DNA of 64,000 nucleotides from a virus: positions 1 to 64,000 of the IMG/VR virus record IMGVR_UViG_3300037845_000036, one strand, 5' to 3'. A model generated the notes under the pieces. It worked only from the letters and a program-made list of their open reading frames with translations. It searched no databases and was not told the origin of the DNA. Shown here piece after piece: positions 18,573 through 27,577 of this stretch (positions are counted from its first letter, which is position 1; every line of letters starts with the position of its first letter). The position numbers and the translations under genes were made by a program.

Positions 18573-18806
18573 TCATTGATATACTTCGTCGAGCACGGGC
18601 GTTGTGGCCGAAGCTGGGAAACCAATCATCGGTGAACCAACGCCAGTGTACTCTTCCTCGCGCCAGACTTGGAGACGGGAAAGGTATCGATCGCCGATCA
18701 TTTCCGAACGAACAATTCCCACGCAGTCCCAAGTCGGACAAATCATCTTGAACCGCTCGGCAGTGGTGCCGTTGAAGGTCAGAATCAATATGAAAGCCGC
18801 CTTCAT
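18573..18806 (-). CDS. Hypothetical protein
   Basis: ATG overlaps the upstream stop. Confidence 0.6.
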   Translation of the reverse strand: MKAAFILILTFNGTTAERFKMICPTWDCVGIVRSEMIGDRYLSRLQVWREEEYTGVGSPMIGFPASATTPVLDEVYQ

Positions 18807-19005
18807 GGTTTTTCCTTCGCTACGCCTAAATCAGTTATGGTGTCATTCCAACAAAAATATCCAGGCGGGTTGTTGGCCGCAGCGAGCCTCGCTTCGCATG
18901 CTGCCGCAGAGGTATCAGGGCCACTCGGCGGGTCCGGGAGCATCGCTGGTGGCACGCACCCCATACAGTAGATGTGCCAAACCGAAAATAGGACCGCTCC
19001 TATGT

Positions 19006-19227
19006 TCACTGACGAGGTGTCCCATCTGGGTTGCGTATGATTGCGATGTTCGCCCACATCGCGCAGTCGCGGAATTGCCGCAATACATAGGTTTTGTCTG
19101 GCCCATCAGGTAGTAACTCTCCGAGCTTAAGCGCGGCATCAGCAAAGATCGTGCGAGTGGCACTCATTGTTGATAGTTGTGCCTCGGTTGGTTTTAGGTA
19201 CTCAAAAGTAGTCGGATGGAGCGCCAT
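19006..19227 (-). CDS. Acb2/Tad1-like helical hairpin protein (candidate)
   Basis: FEYLKPTEAQ...R..F...A..L..LLPDGPDK...R....CAMWANIAIIRN. Confidence 0.65.
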   Translation of the reverse strand: MALHPTTFEYLKPTEAQLSTMSATRTIFADAALKLGELLPDGPDKTYVLRQFRDCAMWANIAIIRNPDGTPRQ

Positions 19228-19242
19228 GAGTGTTTGTTTCCT

Positions 19243-19401
19243 TTAATTACAGTTAAAGACAAGATATGAAACTGCAAAGCCAACACCAGACCAAAGGATG
19301 ACGATTGCAATTTGCTTTGCTACTTCGCCGGGAGGGTACATGGCACCGCTATACAGCGCCGCCCCGCCTATGAGTAATAATGATAGCGGGATTGTATTCA
19401 T
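19243..19401 (-). CDS. 52-aa two-TM membrane peptide
   Basis: MNTIPLSLLLIGGAALYSGAMYPPGEVAKQIAIVILWSGVGFAVSYLVFNCN fills the space between two sites. Not in the ORF track. Confidence 0.75.
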   Translation of the reverse strand: MNTIPLSLLLIGGAALYSGAMYPPGEVAKQIAIVILWSGVGFAVSYLVFNCN

Positions 19402-19422
19402 GGCCGTTAAGGTTTATTAAAG

Positions 19423-19599
19423 TCAGTGGGTTTGCGGCTGTTCATACGCCTCACGTCCGTCTGCGCTGTGATGAACCTAAAGGTTCTCATCTTCGTCATC
19501 TTGCGTCGGGTCACACCAGCAGTTCGCATCAGTGATATGATCCCGCTCATCATCCAACGGCACGATATGCTTTTCATATATGCACGCCCAGCCGCCCAA
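19423..19599 (-). pseudogene. Small His/Cys protein with internal TAG
   Basis: HIVPLDDERDH...CWCDPT...NL*VHHSADGREAYE; TAG at 19479-19477. Confidence 0.6.
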
Positions 19600-19836
19600 C
19601 TAACGCGCCCTAAGATTGAACGATGTTTTGCTGGCGCGCCACAAAAGATCCGGCGGCAGCCCGTTCACCAAGTTGGATTGGATATGCCATACATACCCTT
19701 TTGGGATGTGATGCCCACGATAGGCCGTCACCGAGACTGTCTGGCTGCCGTGCGAAGACCAATAATCCGCGATGCGGGATACAAGCCGTCTGCATCCCAT
19801 TTCGCTAAAACTATCGACGCGCGGTTTGGTCATCAC
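19600..19836 (-). CDS. Hypothetical phage protein
   Basis: IADYW..HG...V...IQSNLVNGLP motif; RBS present. Confidence 0.75.
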   Translation of the reverse strand: MMTKPRVDSFSEMGCRRLVSRIADYWSSHGSQTVSVTAYRGHHIPKGYVWHIQSNLVNGLPPDLLWRASKTSFNLRAR

Positions 19837-19838
19837 TC

Positions 19839-20123
19839 CTATATCTCATTCGATCCGCCACTTATGGTTATGAAACCATCACGGCGATTGGCTTCGCCCA
19901 CAACGTAATACGAATTCCCGCCGTAAGAAATATGTTTCCCTAATTCAGGGAACTCCGATGCATTCTCGGTGTGCCCAGTAATCTCTTGATTATAATCCGT
20001 GAATGCCACTTCCGCGCCACTCTCTGGATGAAAGATAATCCATAGGCGATCACGAAAATTCATGACCCCCGGTATGTTACCTTTGTACTTCGCTATCAAC
20101 GTATTCGCTTCGTCTTGGGTCAA
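19839..20123 (-). CDS. Hypothetical protein
   Basis: RBS AAGGAAG supplied by the junction site. Confidence 0.7.
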   Translation of the reverse strand: MTQDEANTLIAKYKGNIPGVMNFRDRLWIIFHPESGAEVAFTDYNQEITGHTENASEFPELGKHISYGGNSYYVVGEANRRDGFITISGGSNEI

Positions 20124-20136
20124 GGCGGCGCTTCCT

Positions 20137-20595
20137 TTAAGGAGATTTAACGGCTACTTTTGCGGCAAGCCAATCACGGAAGGCTCGGCGCGCGAGGGTG
20201 GCGCAGCCGCCGGTCTCAGCTACATGTTCCAAGGCCGGCGGGGATGCGCCAAGTCGTATGCCAGCAACATCGGAAGACAACTCGCCAGTAGATCCTTCCA
20301 GCAAAGCCGTCACCAAACGTGCCCTAGTGGTGGGACACAAAAGGTCTCTAACGATACGTTTGGCGAGCGAATTAGTCAACGTAACAGCTTTGTTCGGACG
20401 CCGTTTATACCAATCGACGCCATCAAGGATTGATGGATGCTCCTTAATGAATCCGCGAATTTGCCCTTCTACGATCGGCTGAATGACTTTCTCAAGCGGG
20501 TCCATTCCCGGCGCGGGTAAGTCTCGCTTCGGCGCCAATTCTCGCAGCGCAGAGATTTGTTCTGGCGTCAGCAGTGAGGCGAGTGGGGTTGCCAT
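20137..20595 (-). CDS. Hypothetical protein
   Basis: 152 aa, ending in a site (AVKSP*). Confidence 0.7.
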   Translation of the reverse strand: MATPLASLLTPEQISALRELAPKRDLPAPGMDPLEKVIQPIVEGQIRGFIKEHPSILDGVDWYKRRPNKAVTLTNSLAKRIVRDLLCPTTRARLVTALLEGSTGELSSDVAGIRLGASPPALEHVAETGGCATLARRAFRDWLAAKVAVKSP

Positions 20596-20811
20596 TATTG
20601 AGACTTATAGGCTCGCATTAGCACTTTCGCGGCGTGCCATGCGAGCATACCGTAGTAGCCTGTTCATGCTGTCGTTTGGACCGGGACGCACATACCGCGC
20701 CCGATAACTCTCTGCGGTGTGCCGTGTGGCGCGGGGAGGCTCTAGCGGTTCCCCTGTAATGTATTTTGGGCGTGATCCTCGGTGCATATTCCGTTGCCAG
20801 CGCATTTGCTT

Positions 20812-21024
20812 TTAACCTTCTTTAAAGTCATCGTCGCCGTAGAGCCATTTGATTCTGAGATGCGCGGCTATAGCGGTGGCTAGGGCGCATTCGGCTGGAG
20901 TTTCGCATCCGATAGTCGGCCGCTGCGAGTGTTGGATGTTGGAACGAATGTCGGGATCAGCCTTTTGTTTTTCTCCCCACCACGCGAGCGCGGCCTTCCA
21001 AAGTGGGTCATCAAAACCGATCAT
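20812..21024 (-). CDS. Hypothetical protein
   Basis: Site-bounded ORF. Confidence 0.7.
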   Translation of the reverse strand: MIGFDDPLWKAALAWWGEKQKADPDIRSNIQHSQRPTIGCETPAECALATAIAAHLRIKWLYGDDDFKEG

Positions 21025-21029
21025 TGCCG

Positions 21030-21380
21030 TTATTCTTCCTTAAAAGTATGACGGCCAGTACCGTCAGGTTGGATATTCCACTCCCGCCGTCGATTAATGA
21101 CCATCTTCCGGTCTATTTCTTCGTGTAGATCCACACCATTTAGCATCGCCCAGCAATATAGGAGGATGACGATATCGGCCGCCTCAACTGCAGCTAAGCG
21201 ATCATCGGGCGCATCAAAAAATTCGCGAATTTCCTCTCTTAGATGCCCCGTTACGCCAGCCGAAGTGGCGGTGGGGAAGTGATCGCGCTGCCAACTATTA
21301 ATAGTGGCTTGAGTTTCGCGAGGGGGCATTCGGATCGGACCGTGTGAGAAGTCCCATTCGTCGCATTTGTCCATAACCAT
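21030..21380 (-). CDS. MazG-like dNTP pyrophosphohydrolase (DUF550-type)
   Basis: W....FP.......HLREEIRE...EAADIVILL...KM.IN.RR.W. Confidence 0.8.
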   Translation of the reverse strand: MVMDKCDEWDFSHGPIRMPPRETQATINSWQRDHFPTATSAGVTGHLREEIREFFDAPDDRLAAVEAADIVILLYCWAMLNGVDLHEEIDRKMVINRRREWNIQPDGTGRHTFKEE

Positions 21381-21571
21381 TAATCCCTGTTAACGGCGGG
21401 GTCGCGAACACGACTCAATAGATGCTCGCGATATGCGTTTAATGCGTCAAGCACGGGCGGTTCAAGAGCGATGGCTTTGCTATTCGATATACCGTCGCTC
21501 GTCCAGATCCAAATGTGGTATCCGTCTTGTGCCGCATAGACCCCATCGCCGAGATAAGTTTCATCTTTCAT
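21380..21571 (-). CDS. Hypothetical phage protein
   Basis: MKDETYLGDGVYA..DGY.IW...IALEP.V..AL. Confidence 0.75.
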   Translation of the reverse strand: MKDETYLGDGVYAAQDGYHIWIWTSDGISNSKAIALEPPVLDALNAYREHLLSRVRDPAVNRD

Positions 21572-21732
21572 TTTCTCTTCCCTCGAAGAACGCCGCACGT
21601 GCCGCCCGATATTCTGCATGCGTGGGGAATGGCGGGCCACTTTTCAGTGGCCTCACCCGCCAAAAATACTTGTCTTTCTTCTCGCTCTCACAAGGCTCTG
21701 CTACCCACTCGCGACCGCCGTGCCCGAAGCGC

Positions 21733-22074
21733 TCAATGCTGACTGTCAACGTGCTTCTCGTCCCAGTCAAACAGGTCGAATTGCACCGCGCGACCGATCC
21801 GCTCTAACGCCTCCAGTTCTTCCTTGGCGCTAGCAAGCTGATCCCTTAGCCGCCATTTGGCGATGCGCTTCATAGCGCGGATATCCTTCGGGCCGAACTC
21901 GGCTTCGGTCGCATCAGCGACAACCTGTTTCAGATCATCGGCCGCGACTTGCTGTTGCCGCATGCACTCTTCCATGCGCGTAACGAAATCCTTGGTCGCC
22001 GTTGACCGATTGAGGTCAAACATCTTGTTGAAGTCGCGCTTCGGCTCGGTGTTGCCGGGTTCTGCGTCGGACAT
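21733..22074 (-). CDS. GapR/DUF2312-like DNA-binding protein
   Basis: FV.R.E.......ADDLKQV.ADA....F..K.......K.R..D. Confidence 0.6.
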   Translation of the reverse strand: MSDAEPGNTEPKRDFNKMFDLNRSTATKDFVTRMEECMRQQQVAADDLKQVVADATEAEFGPKDIRAMKRIAKWRLRDQLASAKEELEALERIGRAVQFDLFDWDEKHVDSQH

Positions 22075-22256
22075 ATCTAATATTCCTCTGAACAGTTGAA
22101 GTGGGTGATTCCGTCTCTTGAAACGCAGGAAATGACCCGGCTCACGCCGAGAGAGAGCGAAAAATCGCGCAGAGACGGTATTTCTGTACCCCTGATGTCA
22201 CCCCGCACTTGGTGGAGAAGTTTTCCGCTCCCTAACTGTTAATGGGCGTTAACGGT

Positions 22257-22682
22257 TTACGGCGCAGCCCACTTCCCCGTATCCTCATGAACGATCCGAC
22301 CAGCGCGAGCGAGTTTGCTCAATAGGCCAGTCACCGTTCCCCTCGCGGGCGAGCCGATGGCTTTCCGTATCTCGGGACCAGACATGGGACGTTGACTGTT
22401 GGTCAATGTCGCCATGATCCGATCGCTAACCGATATGCCATTAGAGTGCGCCGCCGGTCCCTTCTTTCTGAATAGGGGCGCGCGAAGCGGATGGGCTGTA
22501 GGCGCCGTTTCTGGCGCGGGCGCCGGCTTATCCGTTATAGCGAACGCGGCAATTGCCCACTGCAGCGTGTCATACTCCAACCGCAGCGGAGCCAATTGTT
22601 TGTCGATTTCGTTCTGTAATTCGTCAATGCGCGCTTCAAGCTTCGCAACGCGATCGGCGACAGGCTGTGGAATACTACTCAT
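22257..22682 (-). CDS. Coiled-coil plus winged-helix protein
   Basis: N-terminal coil; RPMSGPEIRKAIG...LLSKL..AGRI. Confidence 0.75.
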   Translation of the reverse strand: MSSIPQPVADRVAKLEARIDELQNEIDKQLAPLRLEYDTLQWAIAAFAITDKPAPAPETAPTAHPLRAPLFRKKGPAAHSNGISVSDRIMATLTNSQRPMSGPEIRKAIGSPARGTVTGLLSKLARAGRIVHEDTGKWAAP

Positions 22683-22698
22683 GTGCTCTCTCCTTCCT

Positions 22699-23052
22699 TT
22701 AAGGGCTGTTAACGGCAGCCATAGATGCTGCCCTCAGAAACCAATCTTCGATTTCGGTAAATGTCATGCGTGAATTATTGAAATCCGGGACGCCCTGACT
22801 ACGCTTGCCGATGGGGCAGTCACAAGCTTCCGCCAACCGATCACGCGCCAATATAAATTTATCAACGGGCCATCCATCGGGGCGAATCCTTGGATCGGTT
22901 CCCGTAACTGCTTTAACCAACGCGCCATTGGCGCACACCCGTCCCTCGCCGTCTGATAATTTGCCGCGACACCAACCTTCACGGCGCAGAATGTCGAGAG
23001 CATCCAAAATGATTTGAGTTGTTTCGTCTAAATTCGTTCCGTCGAGAGGCAT
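22699..23052 (-). CDS. DUF6197-like protein (paralog of 7209-7559)
   Basis: MPLDGTNLDETTQIILDALDILRREGWCRG..., near-identical N-half to the paralog. Confidence 0.85.
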   Translation of the reverse strand: MPLDGTNLDETTQIILDALDILRREGWCRGKLSDGEGRVCANGALVKAVTGTDPRIRPDGWPVDKFILARDRLAEACDCPIGKRSQGVPDFNNSRMTFTEIEDWFLRAASMAAVNSP

Positions 23053-23074
23053 TAGCTTTCTCCTTTAAGTCCGA

Positions 23075-23641
23075 TTAACGGGTTAATTCTTGTAGCGCGT
23101 TCTGTCGCGCCTCGTTCAGTTCAGTCATTGCCGCTGTGCTACCGCCAGTATCGGGATGTGCAACTCGCGCGCGCTCGCGGAAGACACGTTCAATTGTATC
23201 TTTGTCAATCACCCTATCCGTGATGCCCAAAACCTCTCGCCACGACTTAGGCGCAGGTAATGCCTTGAACCCCGCGAAAGAAGCACGAACCAATGCGAGA
23301 GTACCGTGCCGCAACTCTACACGACGCGCTTCAATGATATGATGAATGGCTTGTAAGTTGCCGGCGACGTTATCATAACGATCAACAGGAATACAAACCT
23401 GTAGCTGTTCCCAGGTGAAATAAACGGCCACGCCAGGATCGAGTGGACGTTCCGATCCGAGCGTCACATTTGACGACATGACAACATTCGTAACAACTTT
23501 GCCGCTATCTTGACCAAACAATCGAAGTGAAGTCTGCACGTTCTTGAGTGCGCCAGGCAGCGTCGTCTTGAATCGCCCCGGTTCATGACGAGATGCACGA
23601 GGGAACCCAGCAGGCCAAGTAAGAGGATACGCGGTTGTCAT
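23075..23641 (-). CDS. Phage protein with C-terminal J-domain
   Basis: AYPLTWP...DPGVAVYF...W.EVLG...AHPDTGGS..AM.ELN.A. Confidence 0.9.
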   Translation of the reverse strand: MTTAYPLTWPAGFPRASRHEPGRFKTTLPGALKNVQTSLRLFGQDSGKVVTNVVMSSNVTLGSERPLDPGVAVYFTWEQLQVCIPVDRYDNVAGNLQAIHHIIEARRVELRHGTLALVRASFAGFKALPAPKSWREVLGITDRVIDKDTIERVFRERARVAHPDTGGSTAAMTELNEARQNALQELTR

Positions 23642-23644
23642 CTT

Positions 23645-23965
23645 TTAATTTCTATTAACGTCTAGCGCTTCAAGCGCATCCGCCACTGCAGCCGGGCTGC
23701 GATTTGATAGAGGCTCACGAAGTCCAAAAAACGGAGAGTTCTGAATATTAGCTAATGGCAAACCAAATTGTTTTGCCAACTCTCTCTTGAGCCTGTTTGA
23801 TGCTCCTCCGGTTCGCGACCCTTTGACGATGCCCAATTGTGCAGCCACCTCAATCGCGCACGTGCGGCATGAACCGTAATACCACCAATCTGGCGGGTTT
23901 TCTCGCAATTCCCGTATAAGCAGTTCACGATTCAACTTCTGTTCGTTCGCGATATCAAACGGCAT
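23645..23965 (-). CDS. Hypothetical protein (related to 30018-30344)
   Basis: MPFD...LIRELR...CA...PAAVADALEALD. Confidence 0.75.
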   Translation of the reverse strand: MPFDIANEQKLNRELLIRELRENPPDWWYYGSCRTCAIEVAAQLGIVKGSRTGGASNRLKRELAKQFGLPLANIQNSPFFGLREPLSNRSPAAVADALEALDVNRN

Positions 23966-23978
23966 AGGGGGTTCTCCT

Positions 23979-24185
23979 TTAAGAAGCCTTAACGGTTAGC
24001 GGCACGGAGGAATCCATTCCCCAATCGCGCCGATGTGCATCAGCGACGGTTTTGAGGTCGTCGATGCAGTCAAAACAGATATACGTTGGCATGCCACCAG
24101 CATGGACGCCAATCATTCCGACCGTCTCTAGATGTGGGTGCGAGCAACGGATGCACGTGGGGACGCGCGGCGGCCCTTTGCTCAT
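23979..24185 (-). CDS. ClpX-type C4 zinc-finger-like small protein
   Basis: CIRC...MI...G...YICFDCID. Confidence 0.6.
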   Translation of the reverse strand: MSKGPPRVPTCIRCSHPHLETVGMIGVHAGGMPTYICFDCIDDLKTVADAHRRDWGMDSSVPLTVKAS

Positions 24186-24388
24186 TCTGCCGCACTCTCA
24201 TGTTTTGCGTTGGCTTTCCGTTCAGCTTTCATATGGCCAATGACTATCTCAACGATTTGAGGAACCGGGAGGCGCCCCCGTGCCCAGCGCGAAACTGTCT
24301 CACGCTGCCGCCCGACGATCGTGGCGAAGTCTCCATGAGTCATTTCAAGCTCTACCAGGGCGACCCGGAACTCTAGCGCTGTCATCAT
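24182..24388 (-). CDS. XRE-type HTH regulator
   Basis: EFR.AL..L.MT..DFA..VG....TVSRWARG..PVP. Confidence 0.85.
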   Translation of the reverse strand: MMTALEFRVALVELEMTHGDFATIVGRQRETVSRWARGRLPVPQIVEIVIGHMKAERKANAKHESAAE

Positions 24389-24394
24389 TGCGCG

Positions 24395-24484
24395 AGGCTA
24401 CACCGTCAGAAACCCTCATGTCAAAACATTTTTCGCACTAAATTGACTTTCCGCTTGACCTCAGCGACGGCGCGGCTTTATGGT
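24395..24484. promoter_or_regulatory. Divergent promoter pair
   Basis: Minus TTGACA(24424-24419)-18 nt-TAGCCT(24400-24395); plus TTGACC(24455)-18 nt-TATGGT(24479); gene orientation flips here. Confidence 0.6.
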
Positions 24485-24571
24485 TTGCCTGCCACCCGCG
24501 CTCCCGGCACCCCAACGCCGGTTAGCCCGCCCCTTAAGGCTACGACGCGCGGGTGGTCACGGAGAGGTAAG

Positions 24572-24916
24572 ATGGCTTTTGCGGACGATTTTAGAACGCA
24601 TCTTACGGCGACGATGCAGGTGCAGAGTGCGGCTTGCCAGGCGGGCGATTATCACGGCGAGAGCAACCGTCTTCTGCGCCGAATGATCGCGGAAGTTCGG
24701 GAAGCGTTGAACGAGATGGACGATCTCGCCGATAGCGACCTACAGCCTACCGTCGTGATGATGCGGCGCTTGATCCGTGAAAGCATCGCTAGAGCGCGCG
24801 AAGGATTGAAGCCGATGGACGAGGCCGCGCGACTTGAAATTGATGAGTATCGCCGCGAGAAAGAGCGGCTGCAGGGGAAGCCAGAGAGGGGTGCCGATGA
24901 CGAGCATGATTCTTGA
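24572..24916 (+). CDS. Hypothetical protein
   Basis: RBS GGAGAGG before ATG 24572. Confidence 0.7.
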   Translation: MAFADDFRTHLTATMQVQSAACQAGDYHGESNRLLRRMIAEVREALNEMDDLADSDLQPTVVMMRRLIRESIARAREGLKPMDEAARLEIDEYRREKERLQGKPERGADDEHDS

Positions 24917-25448
24917 TCGCTCGCGCGCCGAAGCGCAGCGCGATCTCCTGCTGCAATTCGTGCGGAGCCTACCGCCCGACAGCATGTGGCACGAGGCGGC
25001 GTCGCGCGTCCTGATGCGGGTTGGGGAGATCGGGGAGCGGGAGCCTACTCCGGATGCAAGAAAAATTGCTTGGAAAGCCCTTGGTTACACCTGGGAAATT
25101 GGAGGCGAAAACGTCGATCGTATCGCGCGGGCGATTTACAACGCGCCCAACGGACTAGATGGCGATCAGATCGCGGACATGCTCTACACAGACGACCGAA
25201 TGCCAGACACCCGCGAGGAGGCTCTGATAGCGACGTTCGATGTCTGTCGGCAAGCCGCCCGCGCTGCTATCGCTGCAATGCCCCGCGCCGAGGCGCTCGC
25301 TGTCGCCGTGGCGGCGCTGGAAGAAATTAGAGAAGGTCGCGTTGCGGTATCTCTCGATTTTGTACAGGAGTTCGCGCGGCTAACCCTCGCCGCGATCGAG
25401 GCTGCCGCGCCGCCGTCCAAGCTAAGCCCCAAGGGAGAACCGTCATGA
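24897..25448 (+). CDS. Hypothetical Ala-rich phage protein
   Basis: VDRIARAI...ARAAIAAM motif. Confidence 0.7.
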   Translation: MTSMILDRSRAEAQRDLLLQFVRSLPPDSMWHEAASRVLMRVGEIGEREPTPDARKIAWKALGYTWEIGGENVDRIARAIYNAPNGLDGDQIADMLYTDDRMPDTREEALIATFDVCRQAARAAIAAMPRAEALAVAVAALEEIREGRVAVSLDFVQEFARLTLAAIEAAAPPSKLSPKGEPS

Positions 25449-25699
25449 CATGGCAAGTGCCCGGCGCGCAGGGGAACTTCGTCCACTGGCCGCAAGAGCT
25501 TGATGATCACGAGGCTGAGATCGACTCGTGGGAGTCGGTGACGGTTGATTATATTCCACCGCCGCCGCCCGCGCCCTGGTGGCGCGCGCCGCTGTTATGG
25601 GGGTTGGCGATGGTGGGTCGCATCAATCGCGAGGCAGTGTGGGGCATGAGCGCCGGCGTCATATTGATTATTACGCTGTTCGCGCTGTTCTGCCTTTAA
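25445..25699 (+). CDS. Small membrane protein
   Basis: C-terminal TM segment; stop lies in a site. Confidence 0.7.
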   Translation: MTWQVPGAQGNFVHWPQELDDHEAEIDSWESVTVDYIPPPPPAPWWRAPLLWGLAMVGRINREAVWGMSAGVILIITLFALFCL

Positions 25700-25712
25700 T
25701 GGAGCTTAAAGG

Positions 25713-26165
25713 ATGATCCAACTCGATCCCAATAGTCTCGTGACCAAATACTTTCTGTGGCAATGCGATCACAACGTCTTCGTCACCAACGCAGATCCGG
25801 TGGATAATAAATATGTTCGTCGGAAGGGTGCATATTACTTAGAACACGGCACGACACTATGCCATATTTTTTGGGCCACACTATGGATGCCATTGGTGGC
25901 TGCCGCCATTATCGGATTTCTTCTCGTAATGCTGGCTGCGCTTCATGTTTCCGCATATGAGGCGTTTAGTGCAAAATTTGGAATTGCCGCTTTCTTCGCG
26001 CCCGAGTTTTTCGTGCTTGGATTTGTTATCGCCGCTGCTCTTTTGACCCTGATCTTGATGGGTGCTGGGAAGCTCCCGTTTTGGAAATTGGTTTGGTTGT
26101 ACCTAAAGGGGATCAAAAATCGGATTTGCCCCTTGGTTCAATTCGACGCCGTTAAGGGGCATTAA
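25713..26165 (+). CDS. Membrane protein
   Basis: TLCHIFW, two TM segments, RICPLV; site-bounded. Confidence 0.8.
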   Translation: MIQLDPNSLVTKYFLWQCDHNVFVTNADPVDNKYVRRKGAYYLEHGTTLCHIFWATLWMPLVAAAIIGFLLVMLAALHVSAYEAFSAKFGIAAFFAPEFFVLGFVIAAALLTLILMGAGKLPFWKLVWLYLKGIKNRICPLVQFDAVKGH

Positions 26166-26169
26166 CGCT

Positions 26170-26499
26170 ATGTCAAGGCACTCGAACAATGATCGAGACA
26201 ATAAAATAATAGAATTTTATCGGACGCATAATTTGCGACAGACTGGCGCTGAATTTGGGATTAGCCACTGGCGGGTAAGCCAAATTCTTCAGGCACATAA
26301 GACTGCTCGGCGTGAAAAGCGAGAATGGTTGGAACCGCTTGATTGCCATCCCGACCCGTGCATTGAAGGTGCGGCAAAAGCTATGCATCTAGCGGATGTT
26401 CCGCCCGCTACTAGGGCGTGGAACCGACTTTATAGGAAGCGCCGTGACCGTTATCGTGCGATGGCTAGCGCGGCTCTTGCGAGCGTTAAGAGGAGTTAA
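26170..26499 (+). CDS. HTH-containing protein
   Basis: RD..I......LRQTGAEFGIS..RVSQIL. Confidence 0.75.
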   Translation: MSRHSNNDRDNKIIEFYRTHNLRQTGAEFGISHWRVSQILQAHKTARREKREWLEPLDCHPDPCIEGAAKAMHLADVPPATRAWNRLYRKRRDRYRAMASAALASVKRS

Positions 26500-26619
26500 A
26501 GGTGAGCGCTGAGACCACGGAATGGCCGGGTCGGATACGACTCTCGATGAATAGTCCTCGCCATAGTGAGGTACGATGGCGTCGGTTGTGCGGCCGTGTT
26601 TCTCAGCGCTCTCCTTTAA
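26496..26619. ncRNA. Candidate structured non-coding unit between two sites
   Basis: Terminal inverted repeat ttaaaggtgagcgctgaga / tctcagcgctctcctttaa plus internal hairpins; no credible ORF. Confidence 0.45.
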
Positions 26620-26640
26620 ATCAATTAAAGGCGCACAATC

Positions 26641-26778
26641 ATGGCAACACTTGAAGTTCCCTACGCCGTTCGTTGGGGACATCCGCGTACTCGAACGCTG
26701 AGGAGGCATCCGAAGCGGCAAGCGCGCCGTGAGCGTGCTTATAAACGCGGCGCTCCGCGACCGAAAGCCAAGAGTTAG
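26641..26778 (+). CDS. 45-aa arginine-rich peptide
   Basis: MATLEVPYAVRWGHPRTRTLRRHPKRQARRERAYKRGAPRPKAKS. Confidence 0.5.
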   Translation: MATLEVPYAVRWGHPRTRTLRRHPKRQARRERAYKRGAPRPKAKS

Positions 26779-26782
26779 GAGA

Positions 26783-27043
26783 ATGTCCATGTTGGTTGCC
26801 GAGGAAATCGAGGTTGGTGTGCGCGGGCGCAACATCACTGTGCGTGGCGTCCGCGTGCCCGATGCGAAAAACACTTATGAGCGAACAGAAGAAATTTCCT
26901 TGGATCTGACTTTGGCACGAGAGTTGTTTCGTCTGCTGAGTGCGGCAATCCCGTTAGCAGAAACATTCGGACCAATCAGATCTGATGGGGATGTAATTTC
27001 GGCGCTGCATGAAGTTGTCAATCCCGCCGTTAAAGTAGCTTAA
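26783..27043 (+). CDS. Hypothetical protein
   Basis: RBS AGGAG; ends in a site (AVKVA*). Confidence 0.7.
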   Translation: MSMLVAEEIEVGVRGRNITVRGVRVPDAKNTYERTEEISLDLTLARELFRLLSAAIPLAETFGPIRSDGDVISALHEVVNPAVKVA

Positions 27044-27049
27044 AGGCAA

Positions 27050-27577
27050 ATGTATCTTCTTCCATTCACTTGTGCGCATTGCGGCAAAGCCGCGACTCAA
27101 TCCGTGAGTGCGGTCAATCGCGCTCGGAAGATTGGCGCGCCGCTCTACTGCAATAAAACCTGTGCCGGGGCAGCGCGGCGCGCAAATAAGACAATGGCAC
27201 AAAAGGTCGAAGAGAAACGGATTTACGATGCCGCGCGACGCATTAGGGAAGCAGATAGATTGAGGGTCCAAAAAGCGGCATATCACCAGCGGACTTATGA
27301 CCCAGCCAAAGCGGCAGTTGTTCGGGCAGCGCGGATGCCCCGTCATATTGAATATTGTCGGCAACCCGCGTATCGCGCATGGAAGACCGAATACGATCTT
27401 CGACGCCGCGCGGCTGAGTTTGGTGAATTTTCGGAAGCGTACCTGCTTGCGTTAGAGGTTAATCGCGAAATCAAACAGAGGATGACCCGCTATGAAATCT
27501 ACCAAGAAAGAGGCAGGCTCAACGGTTCCACAAAACGGAAACGCGCAGCCGCAGCAGGTACCGTTGCTCTCGGCTGA
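27050..27577 (+). CDS. Basic protein with N-terminal CxxC...CxxxC zinc finger
   Basis: CAHCGK...YCNKTC followed by Arg-rich helices. Confidence 0.75.
   Translation: MYLLPFTCAHCGKAATQSVSAVNRARKIGAPLYCNKTCAGAARRANKTMAQKVEEKRIYDAARRIREADRLRVQKAAYHQRTYDPAKAAVVRAARMPRHIEYCRQPAYRAWKTEYDLRRRAAEFGEFSEAYLLALEVNREIKQRMTRYEIYQERGRLNGSTKRKRAAAAGTVALG

Larger units (their letters stand above)
17990..23995. repeat. Array of 13 junction sites (leftward genes)
   Basis: First TTAA at 17993, 18398, 19243, 19407, 20137, 20812, 21030 (TTAT variant), 21380, 22239, 22699, 23065, 23645, 23979. Confidence 0.95.

Noticed and set aside
24519-24540. Additional junction sites at 24522 and 2607
   Set aside because: Only one good arm or the wrong spacing; counted as half-sites at most.
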